The position numbers were made by a program, and so were the translations under genes. Below are positions 53,380 to 64,000 of a stretch of DNA of 64,000 nucleotides, piece by piece. Within the stretch, counting starts at the first letter, position 1. Every line of letters begins with the position of its first letter. The stretch spans positions 33,954,798 through 34,018,797 of the forward strand of contig NC_057722.1 in assembly GCF_004010195.1 (NCBI RefSeq), in the 5' to 3' direction. The notes under the pieces were generated by a model. It ran no database searches. It was given only the letters and a program-made list of their open reading frames with translations, and was not told the origin of the DNA. This DNA comes from Chiloscyllium plagiosum. Lineage: Eukaryota.

Positions 53380-54430
53380 GGCACACACTTCCGCAAGTTG
53401 CCTCTCGATTTAAAGCTGATCCAAACCCTCCCGGATTGATCGGTTCACACATAAAACCGAGCCGTACCCAGTGGATTGCTGGCTGCCCTGAGGGGGAGGG
53501 GGAGAGGGAGGGTAACCGGGTGGCCCCGAGGCCCGTGGCCCAGTCTGGGCGGATACCTTCCCCATTCACCGGGGAGGGGGTGGTCACGGCACTGCCGCCA
53601 GGGACCAGGCCTCGGAACCAGTAACACGGACGGTGGCAGGGACTCACCCACAAGCATCGGGGGGGAGGGTTACACACACCACCACCTCCCCGAGGTCCGG
53701 CCTCTCGGCGACTGACTCGCTCGCTGCACTGCCTCCCGACTCCTCTCACCTCCGGCACCGACAAGGGGAAACGCAGCGTCGCCAACGGCTCAACCGGAAA
53801 CCCCTCTTGCGCCTCAGTCAATCACCGCTGGGGCTGCCGGGGGTTGTAGTCCTGGATGGTGACTGCGCCTGCGCCCGGACGTCCGAAGAACTACGAGAGC
53901 CAGGGAGAGTTGCGATTTAACGTCATCGAAATGCTCATGATTGATATCCAACCGACCAATAACTGCTCAGGACGGCGCGAGGGGGTGGGGCAGTGCCGTG
54001 GAGGGGAGGGACTTCAGCTTGAGGCTTCATGCCGCACCTCCAGAGCGCAGAGGGTCTGCTGCAATCTGCAGAGTAGTGTGGTTTGTGGGAATCTGCATCC
54101 AGTGCTTCGTTTAATGCAACTTCCTCTGTGCTATTATTTTTTTCGGAAGTCTCAAGAATACAGGTCTGCATTGTCCTTGCGAGCTACCTTTGATGTGATA
54201 AGAAAAAATGTCACAAGCGAGGTCTTGACACTTTGTTAAGCGCATAAAAGCAAGAGTGGCAGCTCTGTGTCTTGTTTGAGTTGAGTGAAAATCTAACCCC
54301 GTCCTCACGAGTGAGAGGTGAAGGCCATGCTTCTGTAAAGTTATTTGTAAGTGCAGCTGGAGCTGCCTGACTTGGAAGCGTTAGTCTCAGTACTGTAGGT
54401 TATTGACAAGTCCCGTGTGTCAGCACCGCC
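53380..54430. promoter_or_regulatory. CpG-island bidirectional promoter shared by PDCD10 and SERPINI1
   Basis: GC/CpG-rich. ETS CCGGAA at about 53794, ZNF143-type ACTACA/ACTACG motifs at 53831-53852 (-) and 53889-53907 (+), NRF1-like TGCGCCTGCGC at 53864-53874, CCAAT at 53956-53960, TATA-like CATAAAAG at 54243-54250. The head-to-head arrangement is known in mammals. Confidence 0.75.
53648..53820 (-). other. PDCD10: Putative PDCD10 non-coding exon 1 (5' end approximate)
   Basis: Lies in the only CpG island of the window. Strong minus-strand donor G|GTGAGTC at 53641-53647. Confidence 0.65.
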
Positions 54431-54729
54431 CGGCTCTATGTTAGTCATACCTTCGGTCTTACCTACAAGGCAAGCTCCAGCTTGTTGACCTTTTGAATGT
54501 TCCCTGCTTAATCCATTTGTATCATTTTTGGTGAATTAATTCACAAAAGACAGATTGTATAACTAAGTAATTAGGCGAAAAAATGCGAGCGGGATAAAAT
54601 ATCTGATATAATAGCAAAATGCATTGTGAGATGTGAATGCCAGCGAAACGTTGCAGTATTTTATTTTTTTGCAGGAGAACTATCTACACATGTTGCCATA
54701 ATTGTTGATGTATGTTAAGGTATTGGATA

Positions 54730-54921
54730 AAAGCAAAATACTGCGAATACTGGAATCTGAAACCAAAAGAGAAAATGCTGGAAAATCTCAGCAGGTCTGG
54801 CAGCATCTGTAAGGAGAGAAAAGAGCTGCATGACAAAGGGTCAGTTAGACTCGAAACGTCAGCTCTTTTCTCTCCTTACAGATGCTGCCAGACCTGAGAT
54901 TTTCCAGCATTTTCTCTTTGT
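54730..54921. mobile_element. Fold-back Penelope-derived short element (older copy)
   Basis: Inverted arms about 54764-54828 and 54860-54920 around a decayed core (TGACAA-A-GGGTC..GACTC-GAAACGTC). Degenerate flanks GTTAAGGTATTGGAT and GTTAAAGTACTGAAT. Confidence 0.8.
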
Positions 54922-55380
54922 TAAAGTACTGAATGGTTTTGCTGGTAATGTACTTTGGTTTTTTTTTGCATCTCTTCAAAATGTTATTTTGAAATATTTG
55001 ATGAAGTTGTTTTAAATATCTGGAATTAGATGTTTTTTGTCCACATGAATCAAGTTTTATATTCACTGTATGGTAGCAATCATGATTTTATCTCTAAGTT
55101 ATTGCCATACAACAGATTAATTCCTGATGTTTGTGCAGTTCTTTTGTATTTATTTTCAGCATTAAGCAATTTGGCTTCGTTTGTTGCTCCCATTTCACAG
55201 TTTAACTACCTCGTCTTGGATTGATACTTCTCTTCTAGCCCAGAAGTTTAAGACGTTGGATCTGACATTCTGCAATATTGTATCATTCAGAAGAAAACAA
55301 TTGCCTTATTATCTAGAATGCTCGTCACACTGCAGATTTGCCACCTTTCGTATAGCTTGATTAGTCATAATTATGGTTCT

Positions 55381-55462
55381 AGGTAAAAACAATGACTGCA
55401 GATGCTGGAAACCAGATTCTAGATTAGCGCAGCAGTTCAGGCAGCATCCAGCACCACTCTAA
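55381..55462. mobile_element. Very short Penelope-derived insertion with a 16-bp TSD
   Basis: TCATAA(T/A)TATGGTTCT at 55365-55380 and 55463-55478. The interior has the family motif ACTGCAGATGCTGGAAACCAG. Confidence 0.7.
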
Positions 55463-56295
55463 TCATAAATATGGTTCTGACCATGCTCTTATGATCTGCT
55501 GTCAAGTATATCTTTAACAGAATGCACTCTTTAATTTACCACTGAAATTCTATCATTGTCAATCTTTTCACTTTTTAAGTAGTATAATTAATTTTATAAA
55601 TAATTAAACTAAAATTTTATTCAGGCAGTTATTTGTAAAGAAAATGAATAGCTGATTAGGGTCTTAGATCACACTGTAGTCTGATATTTTGATCGATTTG
55701 AGAGTGAGCAACAAATTATTTGAATACAAACACTGCTTATCCACTTTGTAAGCAATCATGTGGATTACTGAGGGCAGCGATCTGTTTGTGTATTTGCCTG
55801 TAACCAAAACTTTAGATAACAAAACTCTTCAATGTTTATGACTCAAAGTGGAAAGACCAAAGCAGACAAATCATTATCTGAAAGTAATTGTGCAATAGCC
55901 ATTAAAATGCAATGAAGCTGATGTTAATATCCAATTCATCAGGTTTTTTTCTTGTTTTCTAGCCAAGAAAATAAGACTAATTTAATTACTATTTTTGCGC
56001 TATTAGCATCGATGTTTTAGTTGGTTGCCTAATTGTACAATTTTAGTGTGTGTTATTCTGGCATTGATTCTCAGGTAATAATCACAAGTGTTAAAACCAT
56101 TATGAAGGATGGAAAATATGATAAATCAGAACATAATGTTTAAATGGTCCTGTCCTTGAATTTTAAAACTTATGATTGAAGAATGAAACAAAAACTGACA
56201 ATGAAGTAGCTACAGAATTTTGAAGTCCGAAGAAAGATTAAGTGGAGTAGTTCAGTTTGTGTTGTTTGTCCAAATCCAAAGCAAGAAAAGCTGCA

Positions 56296-57365
56296 TAGAA
56301 TCATAGTCATAGAGATGTACAACACAGAAACAGACCCTTCGGTCCAACCTGTTCAGGCCGACCAGGTATCACAACCCAATCTAGTCCCACCTGCCAGCAC
56401 CCAGCCCATATCCCTTCAAACCCTTCCTATTCATATACCCATCCAAATGTCTTTTAAATGTCGCAATTGTACTGGTTCCCACCTTGTACTAGCCTCCACC
56501 ACTTCCTCTGACAGCTTATTCCATACATGTACCACCCTCTGCGTGAAAACGTTGTCCCTTAGGCCTCTTTGATATCTTTTCCCTCTCACCCTAAACCTAT
56601 GCCCTCTAGTTCTGGACTCCCCCGTCCTAGGGAAAAGACTTTGTCTATTTGTTCTATCCATGTCCCTCATAATTTTGTAAACCTCTATAATGTCACCCCT
56701 CAGCCTCCGACGCTCCTGGGAAAACAGCCCCAGCCTATTCAGCCTCTCCCTATAGCTCAAATCCTCCAACCCTGGCAACATTCTTGTAAATCTTTTAGAT
56801 TAGATTAGATTACTTACAGTGTGGAAACGTGCAAACTCCACACAGTCAGTCGCCTGAGTCGGGGATTGAGCCCGGGTCTCTGGCGTTGCGAGGCAGCAGT
56901 GCTAACCACTGTGCCACCGTGCCGCCCAGTTTTCTGAACTCTTTCAAGTTTCACAACATCTTTCCGATAAGAAGGAGACCAGAATTGCACGCAATATTCC
57001 AATAGTGGCCTAACCAATGTCCTGTACAGTCGCAGCATGACCTTCTAACTCCAGTACTCAATAGTCTGACCGATAAAGGAATGCATACCAAACACCTTCT
57101 TCACTCTCCTACCTACTTGCAACTCCATTTTCAAGGAGCTATGAACTTGCACTCCAAGGTCTCTTTGTTCAGCAACACTCCGTAGGACCTTAGCATTAAG
57201 TGTATAAGTCCTGCTAAACTTTGCTTTCCCAAAATGCAGCACTTCACATTTATCTGAATTAAACTCCATCTGCCACTTCTCAGCCCATTGGCCCATCTGA
57301 TCAAGATCCTGTTATAATCTGAGGTAACCTTCTTCGCTATCCACTACACGTCCAATTTTGGTAAC
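56296..57365 (-). mobile_element. CR1 LINE 3' portion interrupted by a SINE
   Basis: QWAEKWQMEFNSDKCEVLHFG, LRLYRTLVRPLLEYCVQFWSP, MLPGLEDLSYRERLNRLGLFS. Confidence 0.92.
56795..56927 (-). mobile_element. Internally deleted HE1-like SINE nested in CR1
   Basis: Head GGGCGGCACGGTGGCACAGTGGTTAGCACTGCTGCCTC joined at GTTTGCAC directly to the tail GTTTCCACACTGTAAG(TAATC)n. Confidence 0.85.
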
Positions 57366-57631
57366 TAACTTACTAACTGCAGAATGAGGAATCTTTATTT
57401 TAATGCAATGTAGCAGCGAGAGCCTTTAAAGTGACACTTATTTTTTAAAATAATTTTTTTTTTTCATTTTTGAGTTGAGTCAGAATGAGTACTGCAGCAA
57501 TAAGAATGATATACTTGGTAATAAACAGGTGATAATTTTATTGAATGCAACAATTTGCATTTATTATGCTGAGGATATACAGTAATGAGCAAGTACTATA
57601 ACTGGTACATTTGATAATGGCTATTAACAAC

Positions 57632-58520
57632 CATAAGAACAGGAATAGGTCATTCTGCCTCTTGCACCTGTTCTACCATTCAATGAGATTATGGCTGATC
57701 TGTTGCCTCGTCCATATACCTGCCTTTGGCCCAAATTCCTTAATATCTTTGCTTAACAAAATTGTATCTGTCTCCAGTTTAAAATTAACAACAGATCCAA
57801 CATCCACTGCCATCTCTGGAAGAGAATTAAAAACCTCTATGCCCCTCTGTGTTAAAATGCATCGTAACATCTCTTCTGAACTGTCTGGCCCTAAATCTCA
57901 GACTATGCCACCCCCCCAACCCTAACCATAAACTCCCCCAGGTATAGAATATACAACTAGTGGAAATAGTTTATTTATCTATCTACTGTGTCTTTTTCTG
58001 TTGTTATTTTGAAGAATTTGAGCAGATCAGCCAATAAACCTTCTAAGTTCTAGAACAAAAAAGGCATAATTTGTATGATCCCTGTTTTTAACTGAATTCT
58101 TGCAGTCCAGATATTATTCTTGTAAACCTGCATTAGACTCTGTACAAAGCCAATACAGAGGAACCTCGATTATCCGGCATTTGATTAACCGAATTTTGGA
58201 TTATCTGAACAAGGTCGCAAGGTTCCAATCTTGGCTAACAATGTTATCCAGCATTTGATTAACCGAACGAAACACTCCCTGCCTGTGTCCTTCAGATGAC
58301 CAAGGTTCCTCTGTATACGTTTCCTGAAGTGTTGTGTCCAGATCTGGTTACAGTACTCCAAGTGGGTCTAACAATGGTTTTGTATACCTACAGCACAGCT
58401 CCGTCCTCTAGATCTAATGATCAGCATTCAATTAACTTTGTTGATTATTTTCTGCACCTGTTTATGGGATTTTAATGATCTGTGCATCTGAACCCCCATG
58501 TTTCCTTGGACATCCACTAT
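57632..58520 (-). mobile_element. Old CR1 3' fragment with a nested MITE
   Basis: LTQRGIEVFNSLPEMAVDVGS..FKLETD. LEYCNQIW-like piece near 58350. Confidence 0.7.
58156..58313. mobile_element. Tigger-like MITE
   Basis: TA|CAGAGGAACCTCGATTATCCG ... rc CAGAGGAACCTTGGTCATCTG|TA. Confidence 0.85.
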
Positions 58521-60329
58521 ATTTAACTGCATGCATCAAGAAAGTACCCTGATCTAACCCATTTCAATCTAACTTACAGCATGTAATGTGAATGAGTCAA
58601 GCTTTGTTTTCCTGTAACAATAGTTATGAACTTGTTGAACTGGCCTGTCTTTCTCAATAAGCCTGCAATTGACTTTGAAATGAACAGAACCAAGTCCATT
58701 TACCAAGCCTGGTATGAGTTTGTAAGTGAAAGTGGCAAGGCATATTTGAAGACTATTGGAAATGCTTCAGACACGATTTGATTCGTTATAAAAGCTGCAT
58801 TTACCTTGAAATCCCAAGAGGTAAAATCACAATGCAATAGCACTGGCTGTACAGTGAAGACAGGATTTGCGGACTGGCTGATAGTGGTTCATGTGACCAT
58901 CAGGTCAGTTTCAAATTGGCTGTGAAAACTGCAGAGCTGTCCCCACGAGCTATTTCAACACGACAGAAAAACACTTATTCAGGAACGTCTGGGCAATAGT
59001 CAAAACCAGAACAGGGAAGGAAAGAAAAGTGACTGCATCATTGAATTTCCCAATGAAGAAACAAGGCTAAAAATTCCACATACATTGACAGCATTTATAA
59101 AAGCCAGGGAACATCAGAGAGATGACCATCAAATCCCTTGGCATGAATTGGAAGACCACTGCTGTCCCATCTGAATTTAGGCTTTACCAAAACAGAATGT
59201 AGCTATGGTTTTTAGATCTGGATAAGAAAACCAATGAAAACAAAGGTAGGCATTCGAAATGAGGGTTTGCACAGAATCAACACTGGACATGTTTCAGGAA
59301 GATCAAACAGACCCTGGTAATTGGAGAATATGCTAAGGATCAACCTTAAGTAAAGTAAATTTTAGCATTCCCTGTTCAGGGCTAATGGCTGACAGGCAAC
59401 AGCCACAAGAATCAATTGATCAGTTTGTCAGTCAGGGCAAAGACATAATATCTGGAAAGCTGAGCAGTTTTAGTGGACCAGTTTTACCTGGTCATACTGA
59501 TCAAAGGTTTTCAAAAAGATCTCTTGAAGATGAACTAAATATAAAATTACAACATTATGGTTGTTCGAAACAACTAGTTTTCTCAATGACTCTGCCTCTG
59601 CTCTTTCCTTTTATCATACAAAGTAAGAGCAAGTAGTTTAGAGGAAAACGCAGAAGTCCGCAGGCTATTCAGTATTAATCAGTTGTACTGTGTTTTCAGT
59701 TTTTTCTCAGTTTCTAATGTTTTGACATGAGCAAATAAACTCCATAGAAATTTTGACATAAACTCCTGCCTGCAGGATAGCTGTAGAAATTTATTATTAT
59801 ATTTGCATAAATGTACTTCGGCCCATAGATCTGTAGTTTTATCTCTTAAAACAAGTCTTGCTGCTGTTAACCAGAGTGTAGAAGTTACTGATGTCAAGAC
59901 CTATTGCAAAAATGTTGGACAACATGACGTGGCATTCAGTCCTCCATCTCTAGGCAGAGTACAGCGCCACTGCCTTCTCCCCTGCATGCCATTACATGGA
60001 AGACAAGCAACTTTGGCTAGTCTGCAGTTTCATCCCATCAAGAGGGCAGCAAAGTGCAATAGGCAAGGCAAGTGATGGCTCAGTTGCAATGAGTGTAAGA
60101 TAATGGAAAACTGCATGCAAATGAGGTAAGTTTGGTTATGAATGAGATGTAAATTTCCAGTTACTAGGGACATTCTTGTCTCGTCATTCAAAGTCTAGTT
60201 GCAGCATTGTGTTTCCTTCACCTCCCCACCCGTACCCCTCCCCACCCCCCCACACACACACGCATCCTCAACGTCAAGCATTCTATTTTCCTTATCTTGC
60301 CAAATCTTCAGCTGAAAGATGGCCTCATA

Positions 60330-60948
60330 AGAACACAGTACGACGCTCAACTCATCAAACACCAGTTCTGATGTGCCACAACGAGAAAACATAATGACCT
60401 CCTCAGGAGACAGACACGGGATGCAACCAATAGGGTATCCTTCATTGTTCAGTACTTCCTGGGAGTGGAGAAACTACACCATGTTCTTCGCAGCCTGCAA
60501 AACATTATCTTTGAAAATGGTCAACGTTGCCTATCTCATACTCTGCAGGCAAGGATGCCTGAGGCACGGTATATTGACGAGACTGAGCAGATGCTACGAC
60601 ACTGCACAACAATCGGGGAACACTTCAGCGGTCAGTTTCTTTCAGCCTCAGATCTTTGGGTGGCCATCCTCCAAGGCCGACTTTGGGACAGGCAACAACG
60701 CAGAGTGGCTGAGCAGAGGCTGATAGCCAAGTTCAATACTCATGAGGATGGCCTCAACTGGGAACTTGAGTTCATATCCCCACTACTCTATACACTCACA
60801 TGCACTCTTACATACTCGCGCACCCATGCAGACCCTTTTTCATACACACGTTCTCTCTCGTACTCACAACATACACCCCCCACACTCTTACCTACGCATA
60901 CACCCTCTCACAGGCTTCTACTCCATCACACTCATGCACACTCTTGCG

Positions 60949-61014
<66 letters not shown>

Positions 61015-61200
61015 AACGCACACACGACTTTGGGTGAAATTGTAATTGGAGACATATTCTATTTTTGCTCAATGCAGGTAGTCAAACCATGTGTCATTTT
61101 ATAAATTCCTAGTTTGGAACCAGATTGACTCAAGATTGGGATACAGATAGACTCTACCCTCACACCTTTTAATACATTGTCTGAGCTGAGATGTCACATT
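60330..61200 (+). mobile_element. Penelope-like element 3' part (GIY-YIG) with an embedded CA/CT microsatellite
   Basis: NVAYLILCRQGC.PEARYIDETEQMLR..HFSG..VAEQRLIAKFNTHEDGLN. Confidence 0.8.
60950..61013 (+). repeat. (CT)n microsatellite
   Basis: About 30 CT units, read directly. Confidence 0.95.
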
Positions 61201-63398
61201 TTTTTATATACATCAGGTTCAAATAATCGGGGACCCCGTGCAGGTCTAATTCTAAATTGATGCAATGAAACTGGGGTTACCTTGGATAAATAACTAATTT
61301 GATAAATTGTTTCTGTCCCTGTTCAATAAATTACAAATTACATTTATGCAAACAATACCAATGTCTTTGTTAAAGTGTTTCCTTTCATCTCTCAGTTGTG
61401 AATTCTGCTTCATGGATGCGACATAGAAACCTGTATGTTTGATCCATGCTATACCAGGTATATTTTCATCACAACTTGGAACATAATATGTATATACCAT
61501 ATAAAGCTTTGGTTTCCTTGGAATTTTACAGCATCAGTATGGCTAGTTTATACTTTTGAATAAAAATGATGCAAAAAGTCAGACTTGAACAGTGTCTAAT
61601 CACACATTCAAACTTAGGACTTGTATTAATGTAACTTTCTTTTACTCTAACAAAATCGTTTTGAATTTATTTTGTGGTATTTGAATGCAAAAGCAATAGG
61701 GTGCATCCTTTTTATAAAGTAAAGCCAGAGAGTCATATTGACAAGAAGCTCGAATATTATCGGGTTTATTTGGCCTTGAAATTAAATTACCCTATTTTTT
61801 GATGTCTAGCAGTGTTACCACCCAATGTCGTTTTCAGTTAGCTTGTAAAATGAGTTCCAATGATGTCTTGCATAAAAAAAATCAAGAAATAGATAGCATT
61901 AAATGTAATGTAGCTTGAACAGGAGATGGCTTACATTCATCCATTTAACTGATTGGAGGATTAATGAAAGCAATAGTTATCAATAAATAATGGGGTATGA
62001 GAACTTATTACTGTCAATTAAATGTACTTATTGAAATGTAGTCAGCATTATAGTGTTAAATCATCATTTAAACTATTCAAATATTGAAGCATGACAGCCA
62101 ATTTGTACTTTGGACGATTCCATAATATGCAATGAGTTAATTACCCAAGTAATCAGTTTTAAATTTGATGGTCGAGTGATAAATAAAACAAAAAAAAATA
62201 CATCCGTACAACCTACGTTTCAGGGTTTTTTTGTCTCCAGAGACAAATATAAGTTGAAACAGCTAACATTTATAGAACACCTTTACTGGAGGGAAGGGGA
62301 TTTGCCTGCAGGTAGTAAAAATCATGCAAGATGGTCAAAACTGTGACCTTACAGAGGTTCTTAAAGAAGTAGCAAGGTTTTGGGGGAAACATCTTGAAAA
62401 TAGAGGAATGATGACTGATAGTTTTTCTGATAGTGGGATTGGATCCACAGCAGGTCTGAATCGGGAGATCAAGGAAACTGTGTACATGTTGAGATTGGGG
62501 AAGGTTACAAAAGTAAATTACCTGAAAATGGGGAGGGAGTTTGCAAACCAAGACATGGGTGTTTAATTTTGTTAGATGGATGATTTGCACAGCAAAATTG
62601 CAAAATGATGCCATGAAGGTGCAGAAGGTGACTGAAACGTATCATTGTTTGATACAGAGTACTATGTTATTGATAAATGCAAGATGTTTGTCTTAAGACT
62701 TTAGCGTTGGTGTGAAGAGGGTGGTGAGTTGAAAAAGGAAAGAAAGGACAGCGAGGGGCCAGAATCAAATGACAAACAGTGGTGATAATTAAACACAAAC
62801 AATCCTTTGGGTTGCATTTATCCAAACTGCAGAGATTTTCAAATGGTAGCTAGGTGTAGCTGGAAATAAGCAATAAAAGTAAATTTTAAAGTTTTAAATT
62901 AGACCAACAGCGTCCAACATAGAAGGCCTGCTAATGTCCAGTCAAATTGGCAGATATTTGCTGCAAAATTGCTTGCTCTCTTTTGTATCTCCATAACAGC
63001 ACTCCAAATTAATTTGTTACACTGATGCACTTTGGGATATTTCTGAGATATAAGACAATGCAATAATTTATTTTCTCTGCCATTCCCTAGCATAATTCCA
63101 ATAGCCATAGCTGAATAGTATCAGAGCTGTTCTTGTTTTCTTTAACTGTGCTTTGGACCTGATGTCTGGTACCTCTGTGCTTCTCCAGTATCTTTGGTTG
63201 CATAGAATACAATATTCTAATAGTTTCTTACTTATAAAGAAGATTATATTGAAATGTTATTCATTCTAATTGTAATGTTTCAACTTTATAGGCAATATTG
63301 CATCTTTTTTAAAATTCTTGTAGTACAATGTTTTCATGAGCATTTTGCAGTACTAATTTGCAATTCCTATTCCCATAGATTTGTAAATTAATTCAAAA

Positions 63399-63651
63399 AT
63401 GGCATCTTTGCTGGGATTCCTGACCGTGTCGATTGTGAAGTATGTTATGGTCGACGCAGGCATCAGGGATGGTATCACTGCTGACTTTTCTGTGAAAATG
63501 TACCATTATTTGCGGTCACTGGAAAAAGATGGAAACATTTTTTACTCCCCGTTTAGTATTGCTAATGCCTTAGGAATGGTTGAGCTTGGTGCTGGGAGTA
63601 CAACTCTTGAGCAAATTCAACACGTCATGGGCTACCATTACTTGCAAAAAG
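63399..63651 (+). CDS. SERPINI1: Neuroserpin (serpin I1), first coding exon; the gene continues beyond the window
   Basis: Acceptor CCATAG at 63378, ATG at 63399, 253 nt to a phase-1 GTATA donor. ADFSVKMY...NIFYSPFSIANALGMVELGAGSTTLEQIQHVMGY is a serpin helix A-C region closer to SERPINI1 than SERPINI2. It lies head-to-head with PDCD10. Confidence 0.9.
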
Positions 63652-64000
63652 GTATATATTGTCTTTATTTAGGTAAACTAATTTTATTCAGTAAGTCTGT
63701 GGTATATTCTTAACACCCTTAAATGTGAATTATACAACTAATGTTTTTGGTTGGTTAAGTTCCTAGTTTTAAAAAATCCTGTAATCCGTATTAGTTCACC
63801 TTGACTTCGTGGTCTGGAAGCATCACCCAATGCCTGCCTTTTGGAAAGTGCTCGTTAAGGTAAAACACCTGGATCTTTATTCAAAAATATTCATTTAATC
63901 GGAGATCAAGTTTTCATCAGGTAGATCTTGAACCTTCCAAAGAAGCCATAACATGATAAATCTAACTTAGTTACCGCTGGCACAAATATTGTACATATGG

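Noticed and set aside
53324-54239. Several overlapping 70-165 aa ORFs in the CpG island
   Set aside because: Expected from stop-codon scarcity in GC-rich promoter DNA; no recognisable protein motifs.
54420-54440. Possible REST/NRSE site near the neuroserpin promoter (TCAGCACC)
   Set aside because: Only the left half-site is present; no GGACAG right half follows.
58640-59640. Possible very old LINE-derived coding remnant
   Set aside because: No diagnostic motif could be read with confidence; left uncalled.
60742-61104. ORFs with SLSLSL runs
   Set aside because: Translation of the (CT)n and CA-rich microsatellite.
63399-63651. Alternative call as SERPINI2 (pancpin)
   Set aside because: GMVELGA..STTLEQIQHVMGY and the head-to-head position with PDCD10 fit SERPINI1.

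Overview
Vertebrate genomic DNA. The repeat families (HE1-like SINE, CR1, Penelope) point to a cartilaginous fish, probably a carpet shark; this is an inference. The window holds the conserved WDR49 - PDCD10 <-> SERPINI1 neighbourhood. It contains the first four coding exons of WDR49 (minus strand, continuing off the left edge), the complete 7-coding-exon PDCD10/CCM3 gene (minus, 633 nt = 210 aa + stop, all junctions GT-AG and in phase), and the first coding exon of neuroserpin SERPINI1 (plus). PDCD10 and SERPINI1 share a GC-rich divergent promoter at about 53.4-54.4 kb. Introns are filled with decayed CR1, Rex1/Babar, Penelope, Gypsy, Harbinger, Tigger-like MITE and tRNA-SINE copies, and there is a 500-N gap. 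The most notable non-gene signal is about ten short Penelope-derived insertions, often fold-back hairpins flanked by 11-16 bp target-site duplications. They carry minimal type-I hammerhead ribozyme motifs. One structurally intact motif lies on the sense strand of PDCD10 intron 1 close to the promoter. Repeat boundaries are approximate and read by eye.
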